Part shown: one piece after another, positions 37,201-49,200 of the stretch
Layout of the letters: each line of letters begins with the position of its first letter
Numbering within the stretch: the first letter of the stretch is position 1
Assembly (NCBI RefSeq): GCF_018350175.1
Contig: NC_058369.1
Coordinates: 20,958,001 to 21,022,000 of the forward strand
DNA from: Felis catus
Lineage: Eukaryota
DNA: 64,000 nucleotides
Direction: 5' to 3'
Program-made: the position numbers and the translations under genes
Notes under the pieces: model-generated
Seen by the model: only the letters and a program-made list of their open reading frames with translations
The model's database searches: none
Told to the model about the DNA's origin: nothing

Positions 37201-40200
37201 CTGGCCGACCTGCCCTGATGACCTCAGGACCGCATGGGGGGCCCTCCATCTCCCTGGTGCCAGCGGACCTCTGGGCAAGTGGCAGAAACGGCATAGGCTT
37301 TGGTAACTAAGTTACCAGTGTTTTTCTGGTAACAGGTTTCTGGGAGGAGGGAGGAGGCACTTCTCATGCATGGAGAAGCTTGAGAGCCATCATGCTGGCA
37401 GGAAGGGCAGAGGGCTGGGTCTGCTGCTTGCAGACCTCCTCAGGCCCCTGCCCACCGTCAGCCCAATCATTGTCCCACAGGCCCCGGAAGAATCCCCTAT
37501 TCATTGTGGACCTGGTGCTGGATAGCTCAGGGGTGCACTATAGCACATCACTGGAGCAGTTCGAGACATCTCTGCTCAACCTCTTCGACAAGGGCATCCT
37601 GGCCACGCACACGGTGCCCCAGCTGGAGAAGGTACAGCTGTAGCTCGAGGCCAGGGCCCCTGCTGCCCTGGCTGCTAGCGGCTACTGAGCTGCAGGCTAA
37701 CCGTATTACAGTGGTTCAGCTTTCGTACGGGCCTCCCACCTGGCCGGCAGTGTGCTCAGCCCTTTAATTCTTGAATGGCTCACTTACTCCTCACTACAAG
37801 CTGCCCTGAGAACCATTAGCATCTCCATTTTATTGTGAGACTTGGAGAGGTCTAGCATAAGGGCACAAAGCGCCTAAGTGTCAAACCTACTGTTCAAACC
37901 GGGCTCACTCACCCACCCCTGTCACAGCCGTTCTCGCCCAGATTCCACCCTCTTTATCCCACCCAGCTCCTGGCCTCTCTCTTCAGCTAAGATGTGGGTG
38001 CAGACTGACCTCCACAGGCAGGACCCCTTGTCAGAAGTCCCTACTCATCACCACACCTATGTACATCCCACTGCTCCGGGCCCAAGAGCTTCTGGAACTT
38101 CAGCCCCCTCTTGTCTCCCCTGCTGGTTAGCCAAAGCCATTGGTGACCTGGTGGCCCTGTCTGCTCCTTTCCTGGGCACTGGACCGAGTCAGGCCCAGGT
38201 AGAGGAAGACGCTACCCTTTGGTCGGGCTCATGAGGCTTCCAGCCCTGTATTAGTCCACAGCCCGCTCTCAGAGACACCACAGCAAACCCTTTCCCTGAC
38301 CCCCACCACGCTGCCTGTGATTGGCTGCACTGCTGCCCATTCTGGCTTCGGGTCTCATCTCCAATCCCTCTGCCCACCTGCCTGCCCCATGGCTCACCCC
38401 CTGCCTTTGGCTCCACAGCTGGTGATGGAGGACATCTTTATCAGCGGCAACCCCCTGCTGGAGTCCGTGGGGCTCCACGAGCCACTGGTGGAGGAGCTGC
38501 GGGCCGTCATTGCCAATGCTGTGCGCAAGGCCATGATCCCACTGCAGGCCTATGCCAGGGAATACCAAAAATATCTGGAGCTGAATAACAATGACATTAC
38601 CACCTTCCTCAAGTACGTGTATGCATCTGAGGGTGTCTGTGTGTCGGTATGACACCGGGCCACCCACTTACCACCCTCTGCCCCTCGTGTGTGCCCACTG
38701 TCCACAGGGCCTACCAGACACAGTGCCCATCAGCCGAGGAGGTACGGGAAGTGGTGCTTACCCACCTGCGGGAGAAAGAGATCCTGGACAGCTCGCTGCC
38801 CAGCAGTATCGTCATTGGGCCCTTCTACGTCAACGTTGACAATGTCAAGCAGAGCCTGTCCAAGAAGCGCAAGGCCTTGGCCACTTCCATGTTGGACATC
38901 CTGGCCAAGAACCTGCACAAGGAGGTGGACAATGTAAGTGCCCAGCCACCTGGCCCTGGTGACTGCAACAGCACATGCACTCTTGCATACAGGGTGAGCT
39001 CCCAGGAACAAGGTGTCCCTAGGCAGGGCCAGGGTGTCTGCAGATGCCCAGGCTGATGGGAGGATCTGGAAGTCACCCTGCCTTGACCCTGTCTGTGGGG
39101 AGGCATCCCATATGGAAGGTCTCAGGGAATGGGTACTGTTAGCTCTCTCCATAGACCTGGAAAGACCTGGGAACCCCTCCCAAAGACGGGCCATTTCAGG
39201 GAACTGAGGGCATGCAAGTGCAGGCCTCAGGAGTCCCATGCATGTGTTCACTGGACACAGGAGGCTGGGGTGGGGGGGGACCTTGGCTCCCCAGCGAGTC
39301 AGCTGCAGGGTATGGCGGGGTGGCGGCAGTTACCTGTTGGGAGACACGGGGGTCCAGGAAGGAGGAGCAGGCCCCAGGAATGGCCAGGGAGGGTGCATGG
39401 CCTCCCTAGCCACTCCTCTCACCACCAGGTCTGTGAGGAGTTTCGCAGCATCAGCCGCAAGATCTATGAGAAGCCCAACAGCATCGAGGAGCTAGCTGAG
39501 CTTCGCGAGTGGATGAAGGGCATCCCTGAGAAGCTGGTGGGGCTAGAGGTGAGGCGGGTGTAGGAGGGACCAGAGGCTGGTGTCTGGGGGCTCAGAGATC
39601 AGGAGCCAGGAGGCCAGAGGTGAGGTAGACCCAGAAGATGGAGGTTTGGAGGGTTATGAGGCTGGATGCATGGTGGACATTCAGAGCCATGCTGTCTGGG
39701 AGGCCAGACAGAAGGTATGGGTTGGGGGCTGGGTTGGGGCTCCCCAACTCCAGGCCTCGCCTCTCTGGAAGAGAGCAGCCTTTCTTTAGCACTTGACCAC
39801 TTTGGGGTCCCACACACGCAGTTCTCATTACCACCTGTCCATGCAGGAGCGGATTGTGAAGGTCATGGACGACTACCAGGTCATGGATGAATTCCTTTAC
39901 AACCTCAGCACAGAAGACTTCAATGACAAGTGAGTGGGAGCTTCGCTCCCATCCCAGAGGGTAGGGAAAGAGGTGCCGAGACGCATGGCTCTCAAATATC
40001 CCTGAAGCCACAGGCTGTGTGGTTATACCAGAAATGCCTGCCAAGTTGTCAGAGACCATGGCTCCACATGGGCCAGGGCCAGGGCCAGGTGGCCAATGGG
40101 GCAGAAGGAAATCATTTGAGCCTCTTGGCCTAGGGACCCTGCTGCCCCCTCACCCTGTCTCCATTCTCTATACCATTGTCAGCCTGACACACACATGTTC

Positions 40201-43200
40201 ACATGGGCCTAGGATCCCCTTGTTTGTGGTAGGGACCCTTTGGGATCCTTGGGAGCACTGAGTGAAGGCAAAGTCAGACCGGTGGTCAATCCCTGGGGAG
40301 GAGTGCTTGTCTCCACCCAACTCAAGAGCCTTGTGGGAGATGGCTTTAGGTTGGAGTTTTGCTCCCAGAAACCCCTTGTCTGCCCTGCCTCACAGACTGG
40401 GGGTGCCTTCAGAATGTCAGGGCCTGGGAAAGGTTGGCACTATCTCCTGGGAACCCTGCCAAGAGCCCCAAGCATCAACCCTCCAGGGCATCCTGGTACC
40501 CAGGGTGGGCTTCCCGCAAGGTCAGCATTGCTAGGCCAGATTTAGGCAGAATCCTCGAATCCTGCAGGGCCCCCACATCAGCCAGGCAAAGGGAATTGGT
40601 CTGATATGAAGGAAGTTAGCCTGGTGGCCCTGGTTGGTCACCAAGGAAATAGAGACTAAAGACTGTTGCTTTGTCTCATGGGAGGTAAGGCCCCTCCAGA
40701 CCCTAGAATGTAAGAGGGAAACTCAGCATCGCCTCTCTCATTTCCAGCCCCATTCTCCCTCTTGCCCCATCACTGCACTGGGCACCTTGGACCTGCATCT
40801 CCCTGGATGCTGAGCATAGCTCCCAGGCCACAGTCACAGGGCAGGGACTGCCTCCCCTGCCAGGCAGGCCTGCCCCCAACCCTTATGGTGGCAATGGCTG
40901 CCTCCAGCTCACTTCTACTTCCTGGCTGCCTGGTCCCGGCTGGCTCCAGCGGCCGCCTGGATTCCCCCATTCTCCCCTTAACCCTGGGTGTCCCTGTCTG
41001 GCCTGGTCACCCTATGATTTCAGCTGTGACCTTCCCCCCATCTCCATCCCTGCACCATCCAGATGGGCTGCCAGCAACTGGCCTTCTAAGATCCTTGGGC
41101 AGATAGAGGTGGTGCAGCAGCAGCATATGGAAGACGAGGAGAAGTTCCGCAAAATCCAGATCATGGATCAGAACAACTTCCAGGAGAAGCTGGAAGGGCT
41201 GCAGGTGGGGCCAGTTGAGGGGTCTTCTAGGACTCGCTCCCCACCGCACATGTGCTCCGGGCCCAGGCCTGGCTTTATGTATGCAGGAGGGGCTATGGCA
41301 ATGTTTGGTGGATGAACTGGTGGGTGGATGAAAGAACGGCTGAAAGAATGAACTGAAAGGCTGGATGGGTGCTTAGGCAGCAAGGTCCAGAAAATTCAAG
41401 GTTGCAAAGAGCCCCAGCTCTTCTGTTGTGTCCTCTGAGCCCCGGGCGGCAATGGGCACAGTGTTCAGGGTTCTGGGTCTCCCTCTGACCTTGCTGTGTT
41501 ACCCTGGGGCGGTGAGCCTGCCTGTGATGGGCCAGGAAGCTGTTCACTCCAGGAGAAGAAAGTGCCCCCAGAACTGGGAAGTGTTGACACCTAGGAACTT
41601 CGGACCTCTGTGTGTGTGTGTTGGGGGGGACGCATGCACATGGTTGGGGCCCCAGAGGCCTCTGACCCCAGCTCCTCGGCCCACAGCTGGTGGTAGCAGG
41701 CTTCACCACACATGTGGAGATTGCACGAGCACACGAGATTGCCAACGAGGTGCGGCGGGTCAAAAAGCAGCTGAAGGATTGCCAGCAGCTGGCGATGCTG
41801 TACAACAACCGCGAGCGCATCTTCGGCTTGCCCATCACCAATGTAGGACTCCTGTGGCACTCCAGCCAGCAGCCCCCAGGGCTCAAGGAAGAGCCCACAG
41901 CGTCTGTGGCCGTATCTGAACCCAGCTGGGCCCTGGGTGGCAGGGCCCTGACATTTGGGGGGTGGGGCTGAGCAGGTTGCAGAGAGGGAATAGCTCAGCC
42001 CTGGCCCTCAGGGCGAGGGGACAGTTGGAACCAGGCAGGAGGTTTTGCTGAGCCACTCAGAGCCCAGAACCTGTGCGCATCAGGAAGAGGGGAGGCCAGG
42101 CCAGGGCTCATGGGGACAGGATCAGGGACAGCAGCTAGGAGTAAGGAGGGGGAGGGGACCTGGCCCAAGTTTGGACAGAGACCGGGAAGCACCCCAAGAC
42201 AGCCTTGGTTCGTCTGCCCCTGTAGTACGACAAGCTCTCCAGGATGGTGAAGGAGTTCCAGCCCTTCCTGGATCTCTGGACCACAGCCTCTGACTGGCTG
42301 CGCTGGTCTGAGAGCTGGATGAATGACCCCCTGTCAGCCATCGACTCTGAGCAGCTGGAGAAGAATGTCATCGAGTCCTTTAAGACCATGCACAAGTGCG
42401 TGAAGCAGTTCAAGGACATCCCAGGTAGGCAGCCAAGCCGGCCTGTCCCCTCTTTCCCTGCCTGTGCTGGCTGTTTGTCACACCTTCCTGTTCTGCCTGG
42501 CAGCCTGCCAGGAAGTGGCCTTAGACATCAGGGCCCGCATCGAGGAGTTCAAGCCATACATCCCACTGATCCAGGGGCTACGCAACCCTGGCATGCGGAA
42601 CCGGCACTGGGAGGTGCTGTCCAATGAGATCAACATTAATGTCAGGCCCAAGGCCAACCTGACCTTCGCCCGCTGCCTCGAGATGAACCTGCAGGACCAC
42701 ATCGAGAGCATCAGCAAGGTGGCAGAGGTGGCTGGCAAGGAATACGCCATTGAGCAGGTGGGTGGCCACCAGCAGGCCCTGCCTGAAGGCACAGGAGTTT
42801 GACAGTACTGGGCCCCATCCCTGGGGTCATTCACTAGGCTCAGGGGTTGAGGTGCATTCTATTTGGTGAGCAATCATGTACATAAAGTGCTTGGTGCGTT
42901 GTTATTACTCATTTACTCCTCTCGGATACTTCTTGGCCCAGGAAAGAGCTGATAACAGATGGGTAAATTAAGGCTCAGAAAGGTTCAGCACCTGTCCAGG
43001 GTGACATAGCCAGTAAGGGCTAGAACTGGGACCAGAACTTCTTAGTTTCCTCCCAATACATGCAGCACGTGTGTGCATACCAGCTGGCCTTAAATTCGGA
43101 CTAGGGCCCACGGGGGATTTGTTAACCAGACAAGCAGAGAATATTTACCAGAGGGCCACGATCAAGGCTGGACAGAGCCTGCTCTTCCCTGCCCAGTGCT

Positions 43201-46200
43201 GGTCATGCGGCATGTGGGCCAGCTCCTTCCTGGGACCCAGCTTCGACTCGCCCCCCACCCCAGGCACTGGACAAGATGGAGAAGGAGTGGTCGACCATCC
43301 TGTTCAATGTGCTGCCCTACAAGGAGACAGAGACCTACATCCTCAAGAGCCCAGACGAGGCCTCACAGCTGCTTGATGACCACATTGTCATGACCCAGAG
43401 CATGTCCTTCTCACCCTACAAGAAGCCCTTCGAGCAGCGCATCAACTCCTGGGAGAACAAGTTGAAGCTGACCCAGGTGGGCTCTCCCTGTCCTCACTCA
43501 CCCCTCCCAGCCCTCACAGAGGCAGCCCTTTATGGTGTCTGGGTGGGACTCGAAGCGGCAGAGTGCCTTGCCCAGGTTTGCCCTGCTCCTAGAGCTCTGA
43601 CAGGCTTCTCTCATTCAGAGAAGAACAGCTAGTATGAGGCTGTCCATCTCTGAGGTTCGGCTGCCAGAGAAGGCAATTCAGGATGTGAGGGTAGGGCTAG
43701 TGTTTGGTCTGCTACTATGGCTGGGGAGAGGCTCGGGAGGCATCTGGTCTTGGCGCTAGCACCTTCAGTCTCAAAACTTTCTGGGCTGGATGCCACAAGG
43801 CCCTGAGGCTCCTCAGTGCCCTCTCTTCTCTGCCCTGAGCCTCCCATCTCCATTTCATTTGGAGCTGGCTCAGAGGGAGGGGGCACCGGGGACTGCCCCT
43901 CTCCGGGGCTCTCAAGGCCAAGGCAAGAGCTGTCTGCAGAGCCTTGGAGGACTGTCCTGGGGCTAGGCCTACTGGTATGATTCTTACAGTCCCTTCCCTG
44001 GGACCTTCCTGGGAGCTGTTCAGAAACCTCCAGTGAAGGCCAGGAGCCAAGTGAGGAGGTCTCATCCGTGTGCTCCTTGGATCACTCAGAGATGCCCAAG
44101 TTCGTCGGCATTGTCCCTGGGTCTCCCTGGGTCACACTGTCCCCTCCACCTGAAGTTTCATCCCTTCCTGCCGTCCCCTCCAAGGCTCAGCATCCGGCAG
44201 CCCTCACTGACTCCCCCACAACCACCTGTTATATGGCCCCTGGTAGCTCTTACAGAGCCCATCACACTTGCTGGGCCCTTGGTGATTCAGAGGCAGAGCT
44301 AGCTGTTTCATGGACCGTGGGCACCTCTAGTGCAGGGACCATATCCTGTTTCCCTCTGTTTCTCACATGGGTGTGGCACAGGCCCAGCACAGAATGGCTG
44401 AAACACACACATCTCTTGAGGAAAGGAATGAATGAATGAATGGAGGAATTTGCACTGATAGGAAAAGAGATAAATCCTTAAAGAAGGATTTGGAGGTAGA
44501 AGTAGAAAGTGGCTTGTTTTGAAGGTGTCTTACTCTTGGACTCCTGTTTCAGAGAGTATTTTATGGATCTCATGCTCAGGTCTCAAGACACCTCAGAGAA
44601 TCCTGGGGTCATAAATCCAAAAATCCTTCTGGGAAAGGAGACTGGTCTGACATTCCATGTGTTGGACTCTTCCCTCTGTTACTTCAGGGTTTACTGGTGT
44701 GAGTGTGTTTCTCTCGTAGGGAAGAGAGAAAGCCCCCCTGTTGGAGGCTTGGGTGTCCTGTGGGGCACTTTGACTTTATCTGGAGGGGAGGGCCTCTGTG
44801 CAACCTTTGTTCCCTGAGGTCCCATGACTGGCAGTGTCATCTAGAGATTCACCTGTGGATGCTGGCTCTGGTGTCCAGTGGTCTGCTGAGCACTCTGGTG
44901 GGGTGAAATCTCTAGGTCATGGAGGACAGGACCCAACTGAGACCCCAGGCCCTGACAGTCCATGCCCTGTCCAGGAGGTGCTGGAGGAGTGGCTGAACTG
45001 TCAACGGTCCTGGCTCTACTTGGAGCCCATCTTCAACTCTGAGGACATCAATCGGCAGTTGCCTGTGGAGAGCAAGCGCTACCAGACAATGGAGCGGATC
45101 TGGAGGAAGATCATGAAGAATGCCTACGAGAACCGGGAGGCGAGCTCACATGGGGATAGGAGGGGGCAGCTGGGACCACTGAGGGCCCTGGTCACATTGT
45201 TGGGAGCCTCCTGGTCTCTTCTCTCCCTGAACAAGTAAGACTGAAGGACAAGTCCCAAGTCCTGTGTCTCCCTGATTGGACTCCCCAGTCTCAAGACATA
45301 CTCCTCAGAAACACAACAGTTGGTTTTCTTCTTGCAGATTTGCAGTCTACATTAGCATTTTAAAGTCTCTGACAAGTCCTGCAACAAATCAAACTCCTTG
45401 GCTTTGTTTAACCCTAATGTTTTTGACTATAGACTTTTTTTCTGTGGATTGACAAGGGTGATGAATGTGGGCCCTGGCTCAGGGCCATTTTCCTGCCCTC
45501 TTTCCTTTCCAGTTCCTATTGGTGGTCTCTGGCCAGCATGCATGCCCTGTGAGCCCACCTTGTTGTGTCCCAGTTTGACCATGCTAACTTTTTTTTTTTT
45601 AATTTTTAAACATTTATTCATTTTTGAGAGATAGAGACAGAGTGTGAGCCAGGGAGGGCAGAGAGGAGACACAGAATCCAAAGCAGGCTCCAGGCTCTGA
45701 GCTGTCAGCACAGCGCCGGACATGGGGCTCTGACTCACAAACCACGAGACCATGACCTGAGCCGAAGTAGAACGCTTAACTGACTGAGCCACCCAGGTGC
45801 CCTCTGACCATGCTCGCTTCTACTTTCTCTCTGGCCCGGGCCATGCAGGTGATCAACGTGTGCTCTGACCAGAGGCTGCTGGACAGTCTGCGGGACTGCA
45901 ACAAGCTGCTGGATATGGTGCAGAAGGGCCTCAGCGAGTACCTGGAGACCAAGCGGGGCGCCTTCCCCAGGTGGGCACCACCTGGCCCGCGTCCACTCAG
46001 GCAGTATCTGCCCACGAGGCTGGGGCACAGAGGCTGCCTAACCCGCTCCCTCACCCTGTTCCCCTGGCAGATTCTACTTCCTGTCAGATGACGAATTACT
46101 TGAGATTTTGTCCCAGACGAAGGACCCCACGGCCGTGCAGCCCCATCTGCGCAAGTGCTTTGAGAACATTGCCCGGGTGGGTAACTGGGCCTGGGGCTCA

Positions 46201-49200
46201 GGCCTTGGAGTTCTGGGGCACCTTCCCAAGGAGGACAGCTCTTCTCTGGCCCCAAATCCTTTTAGCAGGAAATGAGGTGACGAGTGCAATTCCTGGCCTT
46301 TGGAGACAGCTGGGGCCTGTGGGAGGAAGGGCAGCTCAGGGGAGTTCTGTCCCTCTAGTACACTGAGGTGCTGGCTGGGCCAAGAGACCCAGGAAGCCGG
46401 GGCTCCTGAATCACCTCATCTCATCTGTGTCTCCAAGGGAGGTCACACAAGCCTGTGCGAAAGGGGGACACACGGCACAGGCTCCGCCTCCTTCCCCAAG
46501 TGGGCTGGGCCGCAGCTGGGGACAAGGCAGGCCCATCCCGCACACATGCAGTTGAGGGAGTGGGTGGAGGGGGCAGGGCCAGCCCACCCGGCACACAGTG
46601 GGTAAGGCCTCTCTTGCCCCGCCCCTGCCCACAGCTGCTGTTCCAGGAGGACCTGGAGATCACACACATGTACTCAGCAGAGGGTGAAGAGGTAAAGCTG
46701 TCCTTCTGCATCTACCCATCCAGCAACGTGGAGGACTGGCTGCGGGAGGTGGAGCGCAGCATGAAGGCCAGCGTGCGGGACATCATCGAGAGGGCCATCA
46801 AGGCCTACCCCACAGTGAGCCGTGCCTCCCATGCCGACACAGCCTCTGTGCCCCCCTGCTCCGTCACGGGGCTGCCTGCCTGCCGGCCGGCCTCATCCTC
46901 AAGCTCTGCCTTGACCACTGCTGCTCGCAGGAGCAGGAGCCAGGGGCTCTCTGGGGGCAGGCAGTCCTTGAGGTTACTGGAGGAGGAGTCTGAAAACGCT
47001 CCCAAAATGAGACATGCCCCTGATAATAACCAACCACTGTGGTTGTGTTTCAGGCACTCACTGTGAGCCTGGCCTGGCTGGGGCCCTCCCCCATATTATC
47101 TCCCTCAGTCCACGGTCGGCAGCTCGCCTAGGTGTTAAGCCTTATCATATAGAGTCAGTTCAGAGCCGTTCTCTGCCCAAAGGCATGTGACTTGAAAGCG
47201 ACAGTCAGGATCTGAACCCAGGACTGTGTGTTCCCTGAACCTAGGCTCCCACCCCTCAACTGCAAGGTCTCCTCTGCTGAGGAAATGATGACTCTGCCCA
47301 AATGACTCTGCCAGGAGGCCTAGAGCTTAATGGCTTCTCTGCTTCTGAGGCAGAATTAACTACTTGGGCCTAGAAGCACAGATGAAGTTGAAGCAAACAA
47401 GAGGATGCAGGGTTGGGGCTGACAGCCGCCTGGGTCAGCCCTGCCTATGTTATCTTTCTAGATGCCCAGGACCCAATGGGTTCTAAACTGGCCTGGCCAG
47501 GTGACCATCGCTGGATGCCAGACCTACTGGACCATGGAGGTGGCAGAGGCCCTGGAGGCCGGTAATCTCAGTAACAAGCTGTTCCCCCGGCTTGCTCAGC
47601 AGGTGGGAGATCACTATCTGCTCCCCCCCCGCCCCGTGCACCCCTTACCCTGGGAGAACCCAGTCCCTCGAGGACGTTTTCCTATATTGATCCTGTAAAG
47701 GGCCTGGAGTGGGATCTAAAGAGCAATAGGCCAGACACCTCCAGAGATGAGTGTCTCAGAACCAGCCACTGGTGGGAGAGACTGGAGGTCTGAGGAGAGT
47801 TCTGAGCCCAAGCAAGTGCCCCTCTCCTGATGGTCAGCGAGAGAGTCACACACCTGGGGCCTTCTTGCACTGTGCCGAGGGCTCTCCTTAGTCTGTACAC
47901 CGGCTCCTCACCGCACCCCTTCCTCAAGCCCCTTGCCAGGCTCCACCAGCTGGCCCTCAGAGGCTCACATGACACTGTATGCTGCAGGGAGGCAGATGCC
48001 ATGCATGTGCCTCTGCTTTTATCTGCTCTCCTGCCAGACTTCCCAGGTGGCCAATGTCCTGCCTGCCCTCTCCCTGCCTAGTTCTGTGCCCCTTCCCATC
48101 CTAGACCATAAGAGGCCCCCAGAATGAGATTATTCCTGGCAGAAGCCCACCATCTGTGCAAGGGAGGGGAAACCTACCTGCAGTGTGATCATGCCAATAT
48201 CTGACAGTTTCCCCACGCTCCTGCAGCTCAGTGACCTGGTGGCCCTGGTGCGGGGGAAGCTGTCCCGCATGCAACGAGCTGTGCTATCAGCACTAATTGT
48301 CATTGAGGTCCACGCCAAGGATGTGGTGAGCAAGCTGATCCAGGAGAATATAGTCAGTGTGAACGACTTTGAGTGGATCTCACAGCTGAGGTGAGGATGC
48401 AGGGGCCCCTGGGCCCGGCCGTATCCAGGGCCAGGGCAGGGTGGAGAGGCAGTCTACATTAGGCCCTGGCACAAGCTGGGCAGGGGGCCTTGATGCCCTC
48501 ATTCCCCACCTTGCCTTGGCCACATACCCAGTGGCCCATGGTCCCCATGACCCGGGAACCCATCTCCCTGAAATGCCAGGTACTACTGGATGAATAACAA
48601 CCTGTACATCCGGGCTGTGAATGCCGAGTTCATCTATGGCTATGAGTACCTAGGCAACAGCGGGAGGCTTGTGATCACGCCCCTGACTGACAGGTGAGCA
48701 TCCCCCTCCCCATGTACCCTTCTACCCTGGGAGCCTCCCTCCAGCTCTGGCTGGCCTAAGAGTTTGGGGACCACAAGGTACTATCAGTCATCAAAACAGT
48801 GGAAGGTTAGGAGCAGGGGTTTCAGGTTCAAAACCAGTTCTGCCCATCATAGGCTGAGGGACCTTGAACAGGTGACTCAACCCTACATGCCCCAGTTTCC
48901 TCTGCAGCTTCCTCAGGGTGGTTATGAGAATTTCGCCAGCCAAGGTCTAAAGCTTTTAGCGCACTCAGTAAGCATCTAACAGATGAGCTTTACTAATTTC
49001 ATCAGTGAAAGCCTTCTTTCAACGTACCAGAAAAATTGATCTTGAGAGAAACAAGATCCTGTTCCTTTTGTACAGTGAACAATTCTCTTCTAAAATAATC
49101 AGTCATTTCCTCTGGCCACTTGTACTTAGCAGCAGTTGAATTTTCAAGTTGGGTTTTGAAGAAGGAAAGTGAAGTGTGGTCAGAGGTCAGCCATCCCAAC

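Noticed and set aside
38269..39251. Long antisense ORFs over exons (also 41293-41898, 60254-60790)
   Set aside because: Shadow frames of GC3-rich coding exons; no independent start or splice structure
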